Below are positions 44,568 through 54,058 of a stretch of 64,000 bases of DNA, piece after piece. The notes below the pieces were generated by a model. The model did no database searches, was not told the DNA's origin, and worked only from the letters and a program-made list of their open reading frames with translations. Source of the DNA: an uncultured Erysipelotrichaceae bacterium (lineage in GTDB: Bacteria; Bacillota_I; Bacilli_A; RF39; UBA660); NCBI GenBank assembly GCA_902775285.1, contig CACYLI010000007.1, positions 5,533 through 69,532 on the forward strand, in the 5' to 3' direction. The translations under genes and the position numbers were made by a program. Position 1 is the first letter of the stretch; the number at the start of each line of letters is the position of its first letter.

Positions 44568-45119
44568 ATGACATATGAAGAATATAAAAATAGTAAAAAT
44601 AAAAATACAAAGACAAGTATAATCAAAAAATTGCTAAGTAAGATTTTTTCTTTAATTATTTTTACATTAATAATAATGACTATATGTAATTTTTCTCCTA
44701 AATTTAAAAATTTCATTATTAATAATGTTCTAGATAGTACAATGGATTTTAGCAAGTTTAATAATTTAATGGATAATTTTAGCTCTACTTTTAAAAAAGA
44801 AAAATTACAAAGTGTATCTAAAACAGAAGTTAAGAATAAAGAAAAATATTTAGATGGTGTTAAATATTTTGTTCATGAAAATGAAAATGTTTATTTAAAA
44901 GATAGTGGAATAGTAACTTTTATTGGACAAAAAGATGGATATAATAATACTATAATTATACAGCAAAGTAATGGTTATTATGCTTGGTATGGAAATATTA
45001 AAGAAAGTGTTAAATTATATGATTATGTAGAAAAGGGAAGTATTCTTGGAACTGCATCAAATGAATATTATTATGTATTATTAAAAAATGATAAAGTGAT
45101 AAATTTAGATGAAAGTTAA
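44568..45119 (+). CDS. SpoIVFA-like membrane protein with degenerate M23/LytM domain
   Basis: TM helix followed by C-terminal GIVTFIGQKDGYNNTIIIQQSNGYYAWYGNI..V..GSILG (M23-like, no clear HxxxD/HxH). Directly upstream of, and overlapping, the spoIVFB-like gene. Confidence 0.55.
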   Translation: MTYEEYKNSKNKNTKTSIIKKLLSKIFSLIIFTLIIMTICNFSPKFKNFIINNVLDSTMDFSKFNNLMDNFSSTFKKEKLQSVSKTEVKNKEKYLDGVKYFVHENENVYLKDSGIVTFIGQKDGYNNTIIIQQSNGYYAWYGNIKESVKLYDYVEKGSILGTASNEYYYVLLKNDKVINLDES

Positions 45120-45843
45120 TGTACATGACTTAACATATATATTTTTATTATTATCATTTCTTTCTGGTTATTTTGAATATATGTATTTATTTTTACTTAT
45201 CATTTTTATTCATGAAAGCGGTCATTATTTCTTTTCAAAAATAATTGGATTTAAGTATTCAGAGATAATAATATATCCTTTTGGCGGATTAACTCTTTAT
45301 AATGAAGATTTAAATGTTAACACTAATAAAGAATTATTTTCATTATTAGGAGGAATAATATTTCAATTGTTATTCTATCTTTTAGTTCTTAGATTATTTA
45401 ATTTAGGTTATATAACCATTCATGTATTTAATATTATTAAAAGAATAAATTTTATATTAATTTCATTTAATTTTATGCCTATTTTACCTTTAGATGGAGG
45501 TAAATTAATAAATATAATGTTAGATAAAATATTTTCTTATAAGTTATCTAATATTGTAAGTATAATAATATCTATAATATTTATTATTATTTTTATTATA
45601 TTTGATAGAAGCATTTTTGGTATAGTTTTATCTATTTTTTTAATTAAATGTATTTATTTAGAAATAATCAATATAAAGTATAAATTTAATAAATTTATAT
45701 TAGAAAGATATTTAAATAATTATAATTTTAAAAAAATAAGAATTGTAAATAGTATTAATAAGTTTAAAAGAGACCATATACATATTATTAATAATGAATT
45801 AGAAAGTACTTTTTTAAATAAATTGTTTGACAGAAAGTATTAG
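45109..45843 (+). CDS. spoIVFB: M50B site-2 metalloprotease, SpoIVFB-like
   Basis: HESGHYF (HExxH) in a TM helix and NFMPILPLDGG. Position upstream of rplU as in Bacillus. Confidence 0.75.
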   Translation: MKVNVHDLTYIFLLLSFLSGYFEYMYLFLLIIFIHESGHYFFSKIIGFKYSEIIIYPFGGLTLYNEDLNVNTNKELFSLLGGIIFQLLFYLLVLRLFNLGYITIHVFNIIKRINFILISFNFMPILPLDGGKLINIMLDKIFSYKLSNIVSIIISIIFIIIFIIFDRSIFGIVLSIFLIKCIYLEIINIKYKFNKFILERYLNNYNFKKIRIVNSINKFKRDHIHIINNELESTFLNKLFDRKY

Positions 45844-45855
45844 TTATGCTAAAAT
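45827..45855 (+). promoter_or_regulatory. strong sigma-A promoter of rplU-prp-rpmA (TTGACA-17-TAAAAT with TG)
   Basis: TTGACA at 45827-32 (inside the end of spoIVFB), a 17-nt spacer ending in TGC, and TAAAAT at 45850-55. Confidence 0.65.
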
Positions 45856-45861
45856 ACTTAT

Positions 45862-45950
45862 GTTTGTAGAAATCTTTCTCTACAACCGCATCTTATTTAG
45901 GTCAAAAATAAAGATTAATCTTTTACCTAATAGAGCGAGTCTTTTTGAAG
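45862..45950 (+). ncRNA. rplU 5' leader (L21-leader-like structured element)
   Basis: About 100-nt leader with a GTAGA-N8-TCTAC hairpin between the promoter and the RBS. L21 leaders are known upstream of rplU in Firmicutes. Not verified by covariance model. Confidence 0.4.
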
Positions 45951-45960
45951 GAGGAATATA

Positions 45961-46260
45961 ATGAAAGCAATATTTGTTACAGGTGGAAAACAATATATGG
46001 TTGAAGAAGGTCAAGAACTATATGTTGAAAAATTAGATAACGAAGTAGATAGCGAAGTTGTTTTTGATGAAGTTTTATATGTTGATGGTAAAGTAGGTAC
46101 TCCTACTGTTAAGGGAGCTCGTGTTACTGCTAAAGTTTTAAAGCATGGTAAACAAAAGAAAGTTCTTGTATTTAAATATAAACCAAAGAAAAAATATAGA
46201 AAAACTCAAGGACATAGACAACCTTATACTAAGATACTTATTAAATCAATTACAAAATAA
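45961..46260 (+). CDS. rplU: 50S ribosomal protein L21
   Basis: [18 protein letters not shown]..., [16 protein letters not shown]. Confidence 0.95.
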   Translation: MKAIFVTGGKQYMVEEGQELYVEKLDNEVDSEVVFDEVLYVDGKVGTPTVKGARVTAKVLKHGKQKKVLVFKYKPKKKYRKTQGHRQPYTKILIKSITK

Positions 46261-46574
46261 TGATTAAGGTAAGAATATCAAAAAATAATAATTTTATTGA
46301 ACGTATTCATTGTAGTGGGCATGCATTGTATGATGATTATGGAAAAGATATAGTTTGTTCATCTTTTAGTACAATGGTAATTACTACTATTAATGCAATA
46401 TTAGAATTTGATAAAAATGCTATTAGTTATACTGATACTAATAATCTAGAAATTATTAATATTAAGAAAGATAATATAACTAATAAGTTACTTGATAATT
46501 TAGTTGATATGATGTATCAATTAAGAGATAGTTATGATAAAAATATTAATATTAAGGAGGAAAACCATGAATAA
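46260..46574 (+). CDS. prp: ribosomal-processing cysteine protease Prp (YsxB)
   Basis: GHA...DIVCSSFS motif between rplU and rpmA. The L27 here carries the cleavable N-terminal extension. Confidence 0.85.
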   Translation: MIKVRISKNNNFIERIHCSGHALYDDYGKDIVCSSFSTMVITTINAILEFDKNAISYTDTNNLEIINIKKDNITNKLLDNLVDMMYQLRDSYDKNINIKEENHE

Positions 46575-46851
46575 AATGAATTTAAATATACAATTATTCG
46601 CATCTAAAAAAGGTGTAGGTTCTACAAAAAACGGTAGAGATTCAGCTGGTCGTAGACTTGGTGCTAAACTTAGCGATGGACAAGTAGCTAAAGCTGGAGC
46701 TATTATTTATCGTCAAAGAGGAACTAAAATTTATCCAGGTACTAATACAGGAATGGGTAAAGATCATACTTTATATGCTAAAGTTAGTGGTGTAGTTAAG
46801 TATGAAAGAAAAGGAAAAGATAAAAAACAAGTTAGTGTTTATGAGAACTAG
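46567..46851 (+). CDS. rpmA: 50S ribosomal protein L27 (with Prp-cleaved N-terminal propeptide)
   Basis: [33 protein letters not shown] lies 6 nt before ATG 46567, so the track start at 46534 is rejected. Confidence 0.93.
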   Translation: MNKMNLNIQLFASKKGVGSTKNGRDSAGRRLGAKLSDGQVAKAGAIIYRQRGTKIYPGTNTGMGKDHTLYAKVSGVVKYERKGKDKKQVSVYEN

Positions 46852-46870
46852 AAATAGTTCTTTTTTTTTA
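46844..46870 (+). terminator. terminator after rpmA
   Basis: AGAACTA-GAAA-TAGTTCT followed by a T9 run. Confidence 0.75.
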
Positions 46871-46881
46871 ATTTAAAATAT

Positions 46882-46889
46882 TGTATAAT
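46882..46889 (+). promoter_or_regulatory. extended -10 element (TGTATAAT) upstream of the 46907 gene
   Basis: TTGTATAAT 18 nt before ATG 46907. Confidence 0.4.
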
Positions 46890-46906
46890 TATAATAGGTG
46901 AATAAT

Positions 46907-47587
46907 ATGAAAAATATAAAAAAACTTTTATTATTATTAATAATACTTTTAATACCAATATTTATAAGTGCTAAAACAGATACATATGAGAGTTCTGTAA
47001 GTAAAGCAAACCAATATATATTTAATAGTGTATTTGAAAGTAGAAGTAAATATTTGTATTATGATAATCCATTATATGGAGTAGATAATAGTGGAAATGT
47101 AATGACATCTCTTGGATATACAACTGGAGGAATGCTAAATGCATATGAATATGAAGTGAGCTTGAAAAATGGATTTAGTTATTTAGTAATACCTAATAAG
47201 TTTTGGACAATGAGCATAAGTGATAATAATTTACCTTATTATTTAGATGGAAAAGGAATTGCACTAAATAATCCATGGGAATTTGTGAATGCAAATTATG
47301 CAATACTTACAACAAGTGATATAAATTTAGGTTATTTTTGTAGTGATAATAATGAATGTAGTGGAGGAAATAGAAAAGCAAGAGAAGAAAAAGTAATAAA
47401 TAGTGATAAAAGTGTAACATTTGATATCTTTGTAAAGAAAGGATATGAAAATGATACAAGTGATGGATGTAAACTTATTAAAGTTAGTTCAACACCATTT
47501 ACATCTACTGAAAAAACAACATATAAAATAGAAAATATTAATGGAGATTATAATTGTGTAGTTAAATTAAAGCAAAAACATACATGA
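46907..47587 (+). CDS. secreted protein with FWTMS module; possibly the detached N-terminal part of the downstream repeat protein
   Basis: Signal peptide KKLLLLLIILLIPIFISAKT and an FWTMSISDNN motif as in the 38803 protein. AGGTG lies 6 nt before ATG 46907. The stop overlaps the next start (ATGA). Confidence 0.6.
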   Translation: MKNIKKLLLLLIILLIPIFISAKTDTYESSVSKANQYIFNSVFESRSKYLYYDNPLYGVDNSGNVMTSLGYTTGGMLNAYEYEVSLKNGFSYLVIPNKFWTMSISDNNLPYYLDGKGIALNNPWEFVNANYAILTTSDINLGYFCSDNNECSGGNRKAREEKVINSDKSVTFDIFVKKGYENDTSDGCKLIKVSSTPFTSTEKTTYKIENINGDYNCVVKLKQKHT

Positions 47588-49311
47588 TAACATATAATAA
47601 AAATACAACAGATACTGTAAGTAATATGCCAGTAAATCAATCAAAAACACATGGAACAAATATTACATTAAGTAATAGTACACCAACTAGAACAGGATAT
47701 ACATTTGATGGATGGTATGAATATTCTAGTTGTACTGGAACAATGTATTCTCAAGGTGGAAATTATACAAATAATTCTAATGTAACTTTATATGCAAAAT
47801 GGAAAATAAATTCACATGTTATAACATTTAATGCTAATGGTGGAAAATTTAGTAATGGAACAGATACATTTAAAATAACACAAAATTATGGTACGTCTAT
47901 TACAAAACCCGCAGATCCAACAAGAATAGGACATACATTTAAAGGTTGGGATAAAGAAGTACCTTCAACAATGCCAGATCAAGATATAACTATAACAGCA
48001 AAAGAATGGCAAATAAATCAATATACAATAACATTTGATACAAAAGGTGGAAGTACAATATCACCAATAACACAAAACTATGGTACCTCTATTACAAAAC
48101 CTGCAAATCCAACAAAAACAGGTTATACATTTGCTGGATGGGATAAAACAATACCATCAACTATGCCAGCTCAAAGCATGACAATAACTGCAAAAAATTG
48201 GACTCCAAAAACAGTAAAAGTAACATTTAATAGAAATACAAGTTCAAGTGATACGACAACTTTAAGTCAAACATTTACATATGCAGCATCAGGAAATAAA
48301 TTTGGATATAATACTAATGGAAATCCAACATGGGCTCAAACAGGACAATTTGGTGGATGGGATAGAACAGGTTATAAATTACTTGGTTGGTCAACTGATA
48401 AAAATGCTACTACAGCAACATATAGTGTATATTCTGGAGTTAATGATAGTTGGATTAACTCAAATTCTCCATCAGTTACATTGTATGCTATATGGCAAAT
48501 AAATCAATATACAATAACATTTGATACAAAAGGTGGAAGTACAATATCACCAATAACACAAAACTATGGTACATCTATTACAAAACCTGCAAATCCAACA
48601 AAAACAGGGTATACATTTACAGGATGGGATAAAACAATACCATCAACTATGCCAGCTCAAAGCATGACAGTAATTGCTCAATGGAAAATAATTGATAAAC
48701 CTGTGTATATCTATTATAATCCAAATAGTGGAACTGTTGGAGGAACATATAAAACATATAATGGTTGGGTATCAAGCAATGGTTCAAGTTATTTTAGACA
48801 GACAGTACAAAAAGGAGATTCAACTGATTTATATAATTATGAAACATTTTCAATTACTAGAAGTGGATATAAAGTATATGGAGGTAATGAGTGGTGTATT
48901 AATATAAGTTCTCAACCAACATGTTTTAATCAAGATACAAAATATACTTATAATGATTATAAAAGTTTTGCAACTGAAAAAACTGATCATTACGAATTAA
49001 ATTTATACCTTAATTGGCAACAATTAGTCACATGTTGTTGGTATGATAGTATAAAACATGGTGGAGCTGGTTGTGGTGGAACTGATCAAAAATGGGTTAG
49101 AGATGGTTCAAATGCTTTCTGCTACTGGTATAATCAAACATCTTGTCCTGCAAATTGGGCTCCACTCGAAACACAGGGGTGTTATAATTTCTTCGAACAT
49201 CAATATGCTCCAATTACAGGCGGTGATGGAGGTAAATGTAAATGTATACTATATAAAGTAATTACCGGTGTTGGTCGAATTTGCGATGGATGTGATTGTG
49301 TTCCATGTTAA
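47584..49311 (+). CDS. Listeria-Bacteroides (Flg_new-type) repeat protein with Cys-rich C-terminal domain; no signal peptide of its own
   Basis: At least 5 repeats of the type T(R/K)xGYTFxGW...MPxxxxT(I/L)xAxW. The last ~95 aa contain 13 Cys (CCWYD...CGG...CDGCDCVPC). Confidence 0.75.
   Translation: MITYNKNTTDTVSNMPVNQSKTHGTNITLSNSTPTRTGYTFDGWYEYSSCTGTMYSQGGNYTNNSNVTLYAKWKINSHVITFNANGGKFSNGTDTFKITQNYGTSITKPADPTRIGHTFKGWDKEVPSTMPDQDITITAKEWQINQYTITFDTKGGSTISPITQNYGTSITKPANPTKTGYTFAGWDKTIPSTMPAQSMTITAKNWTPKTVKVTFNRNTSSSDTTTLSQTFTYAASGNKFGYNTNGNPTWAQTGQFGGWDRTGYKLLGWSTDKNATTATYSVYSGVNDSWINSNSPSVTLYAIWQINQYTITFDTKGGSTISPITQNYGTSITKPANPTKTGYTFTGWDKTIPSTMPAQSMTVIAQWKIIDKPVYIYYNPNSGTVGGTYKTYNGWVSSNGSSYFRQTVQKGDSTDLYNYETFSITRSGYKVYGGNEWCINISSQPTCFNQDTKYTYNDYKSFATEKTDHYELNLYLNWQQLVTCCWYDSIKHGGAGCGGTDQKWVRDGSNAFCYWYNQTSCPANWAPLETQGCYNFFEHQYAPITGGDGGKCKCILYKVITGVGRICDGCDCVPC
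48007..48191 (+). repeat. copy 1 of a near-identical 185-bp intragenic direct repeat (Flg_new repeat unit)
   Basis: Matches 48493-48677 with 6 mismatches by my count. The offset of 486 bp equals 162 codons. Confidence 0.85.
48493..48677 (+). repeat. copy 2 of the 185-bp intragenic direct repeat
   Basis: See copy 1. Confidence 0.85.
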
Positions 49312-49327
49312 AAGGAGTAATTAATAA

Positions 49328-49855
49328 ATGAATAAAAAAATTAAATACATATTACTAATATTACTCATAATATTTATAACATTGTCAATAGTATTCTTTT
49401 CTAAAAATAAACATAATAATTCTAAAAAGAATGAAAAAGTTTTATATGATGAATATATTTATTCAATTCCAGAAGGTTTTAGTTATCGTATTTTTGAAGA
49501 TAATGGAAGAGAAATGATAGATATTAGTAATGAAGAAAAAAAGATATCAGCATTTATAGTAACTCAAGATAAGAACTTCTTTGATTATGATATTTTTAAA
49601 GAATATAATAAACTTGAAAATACATTAAAAGATTTAGAAAATACATTTGATAAAACTGATATTAGAACTTACAAAAATCACAATGTTTTAACTTTTGAAA
49701 CTCATCATGAATCTGGAGTAAGTTTACTAACATATACTGAAGCTGCTGATGATAAATTATATATAATTAGTTTAATTAGTGAAGATAAAACTCCTAATTA
49801 TGATAATTTATATTCAATTATTGATATTCTAATGGCTGCTAAGAAAAATAATTAA
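49328..49855 (+). CDS. hypothetical membrane-anchored protein
   Basis: N-terminal TM helix (ILLILLIIFITLSIVFF). 175 aa. A terminator follows. Confidence 0.55.
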   Translation: MNKKIKYILLILLIIFITLSIVFFSKNKHNNSKKNEKVLYDEYIYSIPEGFSYRIFEDNGREMIDISNEEKKISAFIVTQDKNFFDYDIFKEYNKLENTLKDLENTFDKTDIRTYKNHNVLTFETHHESGVSLLTYTEAADDKLYIISLISEDKTPNYDNLYSIIDILMAAKKNN

Positions 49856-49860
49856 TAATA

Positions 49861-49890
49861 AAATATGTTCTTTAGAAGAACATATTTTTA
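49861..49890 (+). terminator. terminator after the 49328 gene
   Basis: AAATATGTTCTT-TAG-AAGAACATATTT followed by TT. Confidence 0.7.
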
Positions 49891-50041
49891 ATTTGCAAAA
49901 AGAATATTTAAGTTTTTTACATCTATTTTGTAATATTTAAGTTATTTATAATATAATTATTTAATTTTATGTTATAATATTCATACAAAAAGCAAAAAAT
50001 TGCTTTTTAATATATATAAATGGGGAAATAGGGTGTATATA

Positions 50042-50722
50042 ATGAAAGAAAAGGAATTAGATATTATAATAGATAATACTATTACTTTTGCTGGTATTAA
50101 AAAGTATATCTATTTGTTTATTAAAAGATTATTTGATATTATTTTTTCTTTTATTGGAATTATTTTTTTAATTCCTGTTTATTTATGTGTAAAAATAGCT
50201 TATGTTCTATCTCATGATTATAGTAGTATTTTTTATTATCAGGAAAGAATTGGTTTAAATGGAAAAATATTTAAATTATTTAAATTTAGAAGTATGATAC
50301 CTAATGCTGAAGAAGAACTTACTAAAATACTAAAAAATAATGAAGAATTAAGAAATGAATATGAAGAAAATAAAAAAATAGTCAATGATCCTAGAATTAC
50401 TAAAGTTGGTAAATTTATAAGAAGATTTTCAATAGATGAATTACCACAGTTTATTAATGTATTTATTGGTAATATGACTTTAATTGGAAATAGACCATAT
50501 TTAGTTAGTGAAAAGAAAGATATGGGGACATATTACAAATATATTGTTAAAACTAAACCTGGTATAACAGGATACTGGCAAATTAGTGGTAGAAGTGATG
50601 TTAGTTTTAGAAAACGTTTACAACTTGAAAAGTATTATTCACTTAATCAATCATTAAAATTAGATTTAAAAATATTCTTTAAGACATTTAGAGTTGTTTT
50701 ATGTGGAAGAGGTGCTAAATAA
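50042..50722 (+). CDS. initiating undecaprenyl-phosphate sugar phosphotransferase (bacterial sugar transferase family)
   Basis: KRLFDIIFSFIGIIFLIP TM helix, KFRSM, DELPQFINV and GNRP motifs. ATG 50042 is preferred over the track's TTG at 50000. Confidence 0.88.
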   Translation: MKEKELDIIIDNTITFAGIKKYIYLFIKRLFDIIFSFIGIIFLIPVYLCVKIAYVLSHDYSSIFYYQERIGLNGKIFKLFKFRSMIPNAEEELTKILKNNEELRNEYEENKKIVNDPRITKVGKFIRRFSIDELPQFINVFIGNMTLIGNRPYLVSEKKDMGTYYKYIVKTKPGITGYWQISGRSDVSFRKRLQLEKYYSLNQSLKLDLKIFFKTFRVVLCGRGAK

Positions 50723-51504
50723 TGAAAAATATTAAGGTTATAGTAGCAACTCATAAAGAATATAAAATGAGTAATGATGAATTATATTTACCTATGCAAG
50801 TTGGGGCAGCAAATTCTCCTGATTTGGGAATTTTGAAGGATTCAACTAAAGATAATATTTCTAAAAAAAATCCTTATTTTTGTGAGCTTACAGCTCTTTA
50901 TTTTGCTTATAAAAATTTAGATTATGATTATATTGGTTTATGTCATTATAGAAGATATTTTAAAGGTAATAAGAAAGTAGATAAGAAAGATAAATTTAAT
51001 AGTGTTTTAACTTTAAAAGAAGCGCAAGAGTTATTAAAAAATACTGATATAATTTTACCTAAGAAAAGACGTTATTATATTGAAAATTTATATGATCATT
51101 ATAAGCATACGATGTATATAGAACCACTTGATGAAACTAGAAATATTATTAAAGAAAAATATAGCAAATATTTAGAAGAGTTTGATAAATTAAAGAAAAG
51201 AAAAAGTGCTCATATGTTTAATATGTTTATAATGAAAAAAAATATATTAGATGATTATTCAAAGTGGTTATTTGATATTTTATTTGAGTTAGAAAGTAGA
51301 ATGAAAAATAAAAAATATGATAAATTTCATTCTAGATTTTATGGAAGAATATCAGAGTTATTATTAGATGTTTATATTAATACTAATAAGCTAAAATACA
51401 CAGAAATTGGTTTTATTGATATGGAAAATATCAATTGGGTTAAGAAAGGAAGTAGTTTTTTAAAAGCTAAGTTTTTAAATAAAAAATATGATAAAAGTTT
51501 TTAA
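50722..51504 (+). CDS. DUF4422-family glycosyltransferase (galactofuranosyltransferase-like)
   Basis: KVIVATHKEYKMSNDELYLPMQVGAA...NISKKNPYFCELTALYFAYKNLDYDYIGLCHYRRYF is the DUF4422 signature. Confidence 0.8.
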   Translation: MKNIKVIVATHKEYKMSNDELYLPMQVGAANSPDLGILKDSTKDNISKKNPYFCELTALYFAYKNLDYDYIGLCHYRRYFKGNKKVDKKDKFNSVLTLKEAQELLKNTDIILPKKRRYYIENLYDHYKHTMYIEPLDETRNIIKEKYSKYLEEFDKLKKRKSAHMFNMFIMKKNILDDYSKWLFDILFELESRMKNKKYDKFHSRFYGRISELLLDVYINTNKLKYTEIGFIDMENINWVKKGSSFLKAKFLNKKYDKSF

Positions 51505-51518
51505 AAAATATTATTATT

Positions 51519-52961
51519 ATGGGTCATTCAGTAAAGAAAAATTATTTATATAATTTAATATATCAAGTTATTATAATTTTAATACCTTTAATTACAACAC
51601 CATATGTATCTAGAGTATTAACTTCTAGTGGAGTAGGACTTTATAGTTATACTAATTCTATAGCTACATATTTTATATTATTTGGTTCACTTGGTATATC
51701 ATTATATGCTCAAAGAGAAATTGCTTATTTAAGAGATAATAAACAAAAAAGAAGTAATACTTTTTTCGAATTATTTATTCTTAGATTAATAACAATGACA
51801 ATTTCGATTTTAGTATATTATTTTGTTATAGTTAGAAATAGTACATATCATTTATTTTATTTAATATTCATTATTGAACTAATCGCAACTATATTTGATA
51901 TTAGTTGGTTTTTTCAAGGCCTTGAAGAGTTTAAAAAGACAGTTTTAAGACAATTAATTACTAAAATAATTAGTGTTATTTGTATATTTGTTTTTGTTAA
52001 AAAAGCAAGTGATTTAAATATATATATTTTAATTTACGTTTTATCTACTTTAGTAGGAAATTTATCATTATGGTTTTATTTACCTAAATATATTGATGTT
52101 AAATCATTAAAAGAATTAAATATAACTAAACATATAAAACCAACTCTTTCATTATTTATACCTCAAATAGCTATGCAGATATATTTAGTTTTAGATAAAA
52201 CAATGATTGGAAGAATTATTAATGATATGAGTGAAGTAGGAAATTATGAACAATCTCAAAAAATAATTAAATTATCTTTAACTATTGTTACAGCTTTAGG
52301 AACTGTACTTGCTCCTAGAATTGCTAATAAAATTGCTAATAAAGAAAGTGATTCAATTAAAAAATATCTGCAAAAATCATTTAGATTTACTTTATTTTTA
52401 TCTATCCCTTTATGTTTTGGAATAATGGGAATTTCTGATAATTTGATACCTTGGTTTTTGGGAGATGGGTATGAAAAATCTATTGTATTACTTAAAGTTG
52501 GTTCTTTATTAATACTAGCTATATCTTTAAGTAATGTAACAGGCATACAATATTTAATTCCAGCAAGTAAACAAGATACTTTTACTAAATCTGTTGTTAT
52601 TGGAGCAATATGTAATGTAATATTAAATGCTATTTTAATACCTGCATATGCTTCTATTGGCGCAATAATAGCATCTGTTATATCTGAAATTATTATATTT
52701 ATTATTCAATTATATAGTATTAAAGATATTATTCCTTTAAATAATATTTTTAATAATACATATAAAAATGTAATTTCTAGTATTGTTATGTTTATAGTTG
52801 TTTACTATTTAAGTATAAAATTAGTTCCAAGTATTCTTAATACCTTTATTATTATTGCTATTGGTGTTATAATTTATATAGTAATGGTATTACTTTTTAA
52901 AGATGAAACATTTAACGATATAATAAAGACTTTAAAAAAGAGTATTTTAGGAGGTAGGTAA
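51519..52961 (+). CDS. wzx: Wzx-type oligosaccharide flippase (MOP superfamily)
   Basis: 480 aa with about 12-14 TM helices. The N-terminus NLIYQVIIILIPLITTPYVSRVL is typical of polysaccharide flippases. Confidence 0.8.
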   Translation: MGHSVKKNYLYNLIYQVIIILIPLITTPYVSRVLTSSGVGLYSYTNSIATYFILFGSLGISLYAQREIAYLRDNKQKRSNTFFELFILRLITMTISILVYYFVIVRNSTYHLFYLIFIIELIATIFDISWFFQGLEEFKKTVLRQLITKIISVICIFVFVKKASDLNIYILIYVLSTLVGNLSLWFYLPKYIDVKSLKELNITKHIKPTLSLFIPQIAMQIYLVLDKTMIGRIINDMSEVGNYEQSQKIIKLSLTIVTALGTVLAPRIANKIANKESDSIKKYLQKSFRFTLFLSIPLCFGIMGISDNLIPWFLGDGYEKSIVLLKVGSLLILAISLSNVTGIQYLIPASKQDTFTKSVVIGAICNVILNAILIPAYASIGAIIASVISEIIIFIIQLYSIKDIIPLNNIFNNTYKNVISSIVMFIVVYYLSIKLVPSILNTFIIIAIGVIIYIVMVLLFKDETFNDIIKTLKKSILGGR

Positions 52962-54050
52962 ATGTATGATTATTTAATCGTTGGATCAGGATTATTTGGT
53001 TCAACTATAGCTTATAGACTAAAGAAACTTAATAAAAAAGTATTAGTTATTGATAAAAGAAATCATATTGGAGGAAATGTATATACTGAAAATATAGAAG
53101 GAATAAATGTTCATAAATATGGTGCTCATATATTTCATACAGATTATAAAGATGTTTGGGATTTTGTTAATTCATTAGTACCATTTAATAGATTTACTAA
53201 TAGTCCTATCGCTAGATATAAAGATGAAATATATAATTTACCATTTAATATGAATACTTTTTCTAAAATATGGAGTGATGTAATAACACCAGATGATGCT
53301 TTAAGACATATTAATGAAGAAAAAAAATGTATGGAAGGAAAAACTCCTAATAATTTAGAAGAACAAGCTATCTCATTAGTAGGGACTACAATATATGAAA
53401 AATTAATAAAAGGTTATACAGAGAAACAATGGAATAGAAGTTGTAAAGAATTACCTGCTTTTATAATTAAAAGATTACCAGTAAGACTTACATATGATAA
53501 TAATTATTTTAATGATTTATATCAAGGTATTCCAATAGGTGGTTATACAAAATTAATAGAAAAGCTATTAGATGGTGTTGAGGTAAAATTAAATTCAAAC
53601 TTTTTTGATAAAATAGATGAATATAAAAAGATTAGTAAAAAGATTATTTATACTGGTCCAATAGATGAATACTTTGAATATAAATATGGACATCTTGAAT
53701 ATAGAAGTCTAGAGTTTGATACTAAAGTGTTAGATACTAGTAATTTTCAAGGAAATGCGGTTGTTAATTATACTGGTAATGAAGTTAAATATACAAGAGT
53801 AATAGAGCATAAACATTTTGAAAATAGTAATAGTGATAAAACTGTAGTTACATATGAATATCCAAGGGATTATAAAGATGGAATGGAAGCATATTATGTA
53901 ATTAATGATGAAAAGAATAACAAAATACTCGAAAAATATAATAAATTAAAAGAAAAAGAAAGAAATGTTATTTTTGGTGGAAGACTTGCAGATTATAAAT
54001 ATTATGATATGGATGATGTTATTAAAAATGCATTAGATATAGATTTATAG
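52962..54050 (+). CDS. glf: UDP-galactopyranose mutase
   Basis: YDYLIVGSGLFGS..., IGGNVYTE and GAHIFHT motifs. 362 aa. Confidence 0.93.
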   Translation: MYDYLIVGSGLFGSTIAYRLKKLNKKVLVIDKRNHIGGNVYTENIEGINVHKYGAHIFHTDYKDVWDFVNSLVPFNRFTNSPIARYKDEIYNLPFNMNTFSKIWSDVITPDDALRHINEEKKCMEGKTPNNLEEQAISLVGTTIYEKLIKGYTEKQWNRSCKELPAFIIKRLPVRLTYDNNYFNDLYQGIPIGGYTKLIEKLLDGVEVKLNSNFFDKIDEYKKISKKIIYTGPIDEYFEYKYGHLEYRSLEFDTKVLDTSNFQGNAVVNYTGNEVKYTRVIEHKHFENSNSDKTVVTYEYPRDYKDGMEAYYVINDEKNNKILEKYNKLKEKERNVIFGGRLADYKYYDMDDVIKNALDIDL

Positions 54051-54058
54051 GAGGATTT

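Noticed and set aside
48281-49261. Three + strand ORFs (48281-48502, 48692-48907, 49058-49261) nested out of frame inside the Flg_new-repeat gene.
   Set aside because: They overlap a gene with clear repeat-family motifs in another frame. They have no RBS and their composition is odd (Q/H/L/M-rich).
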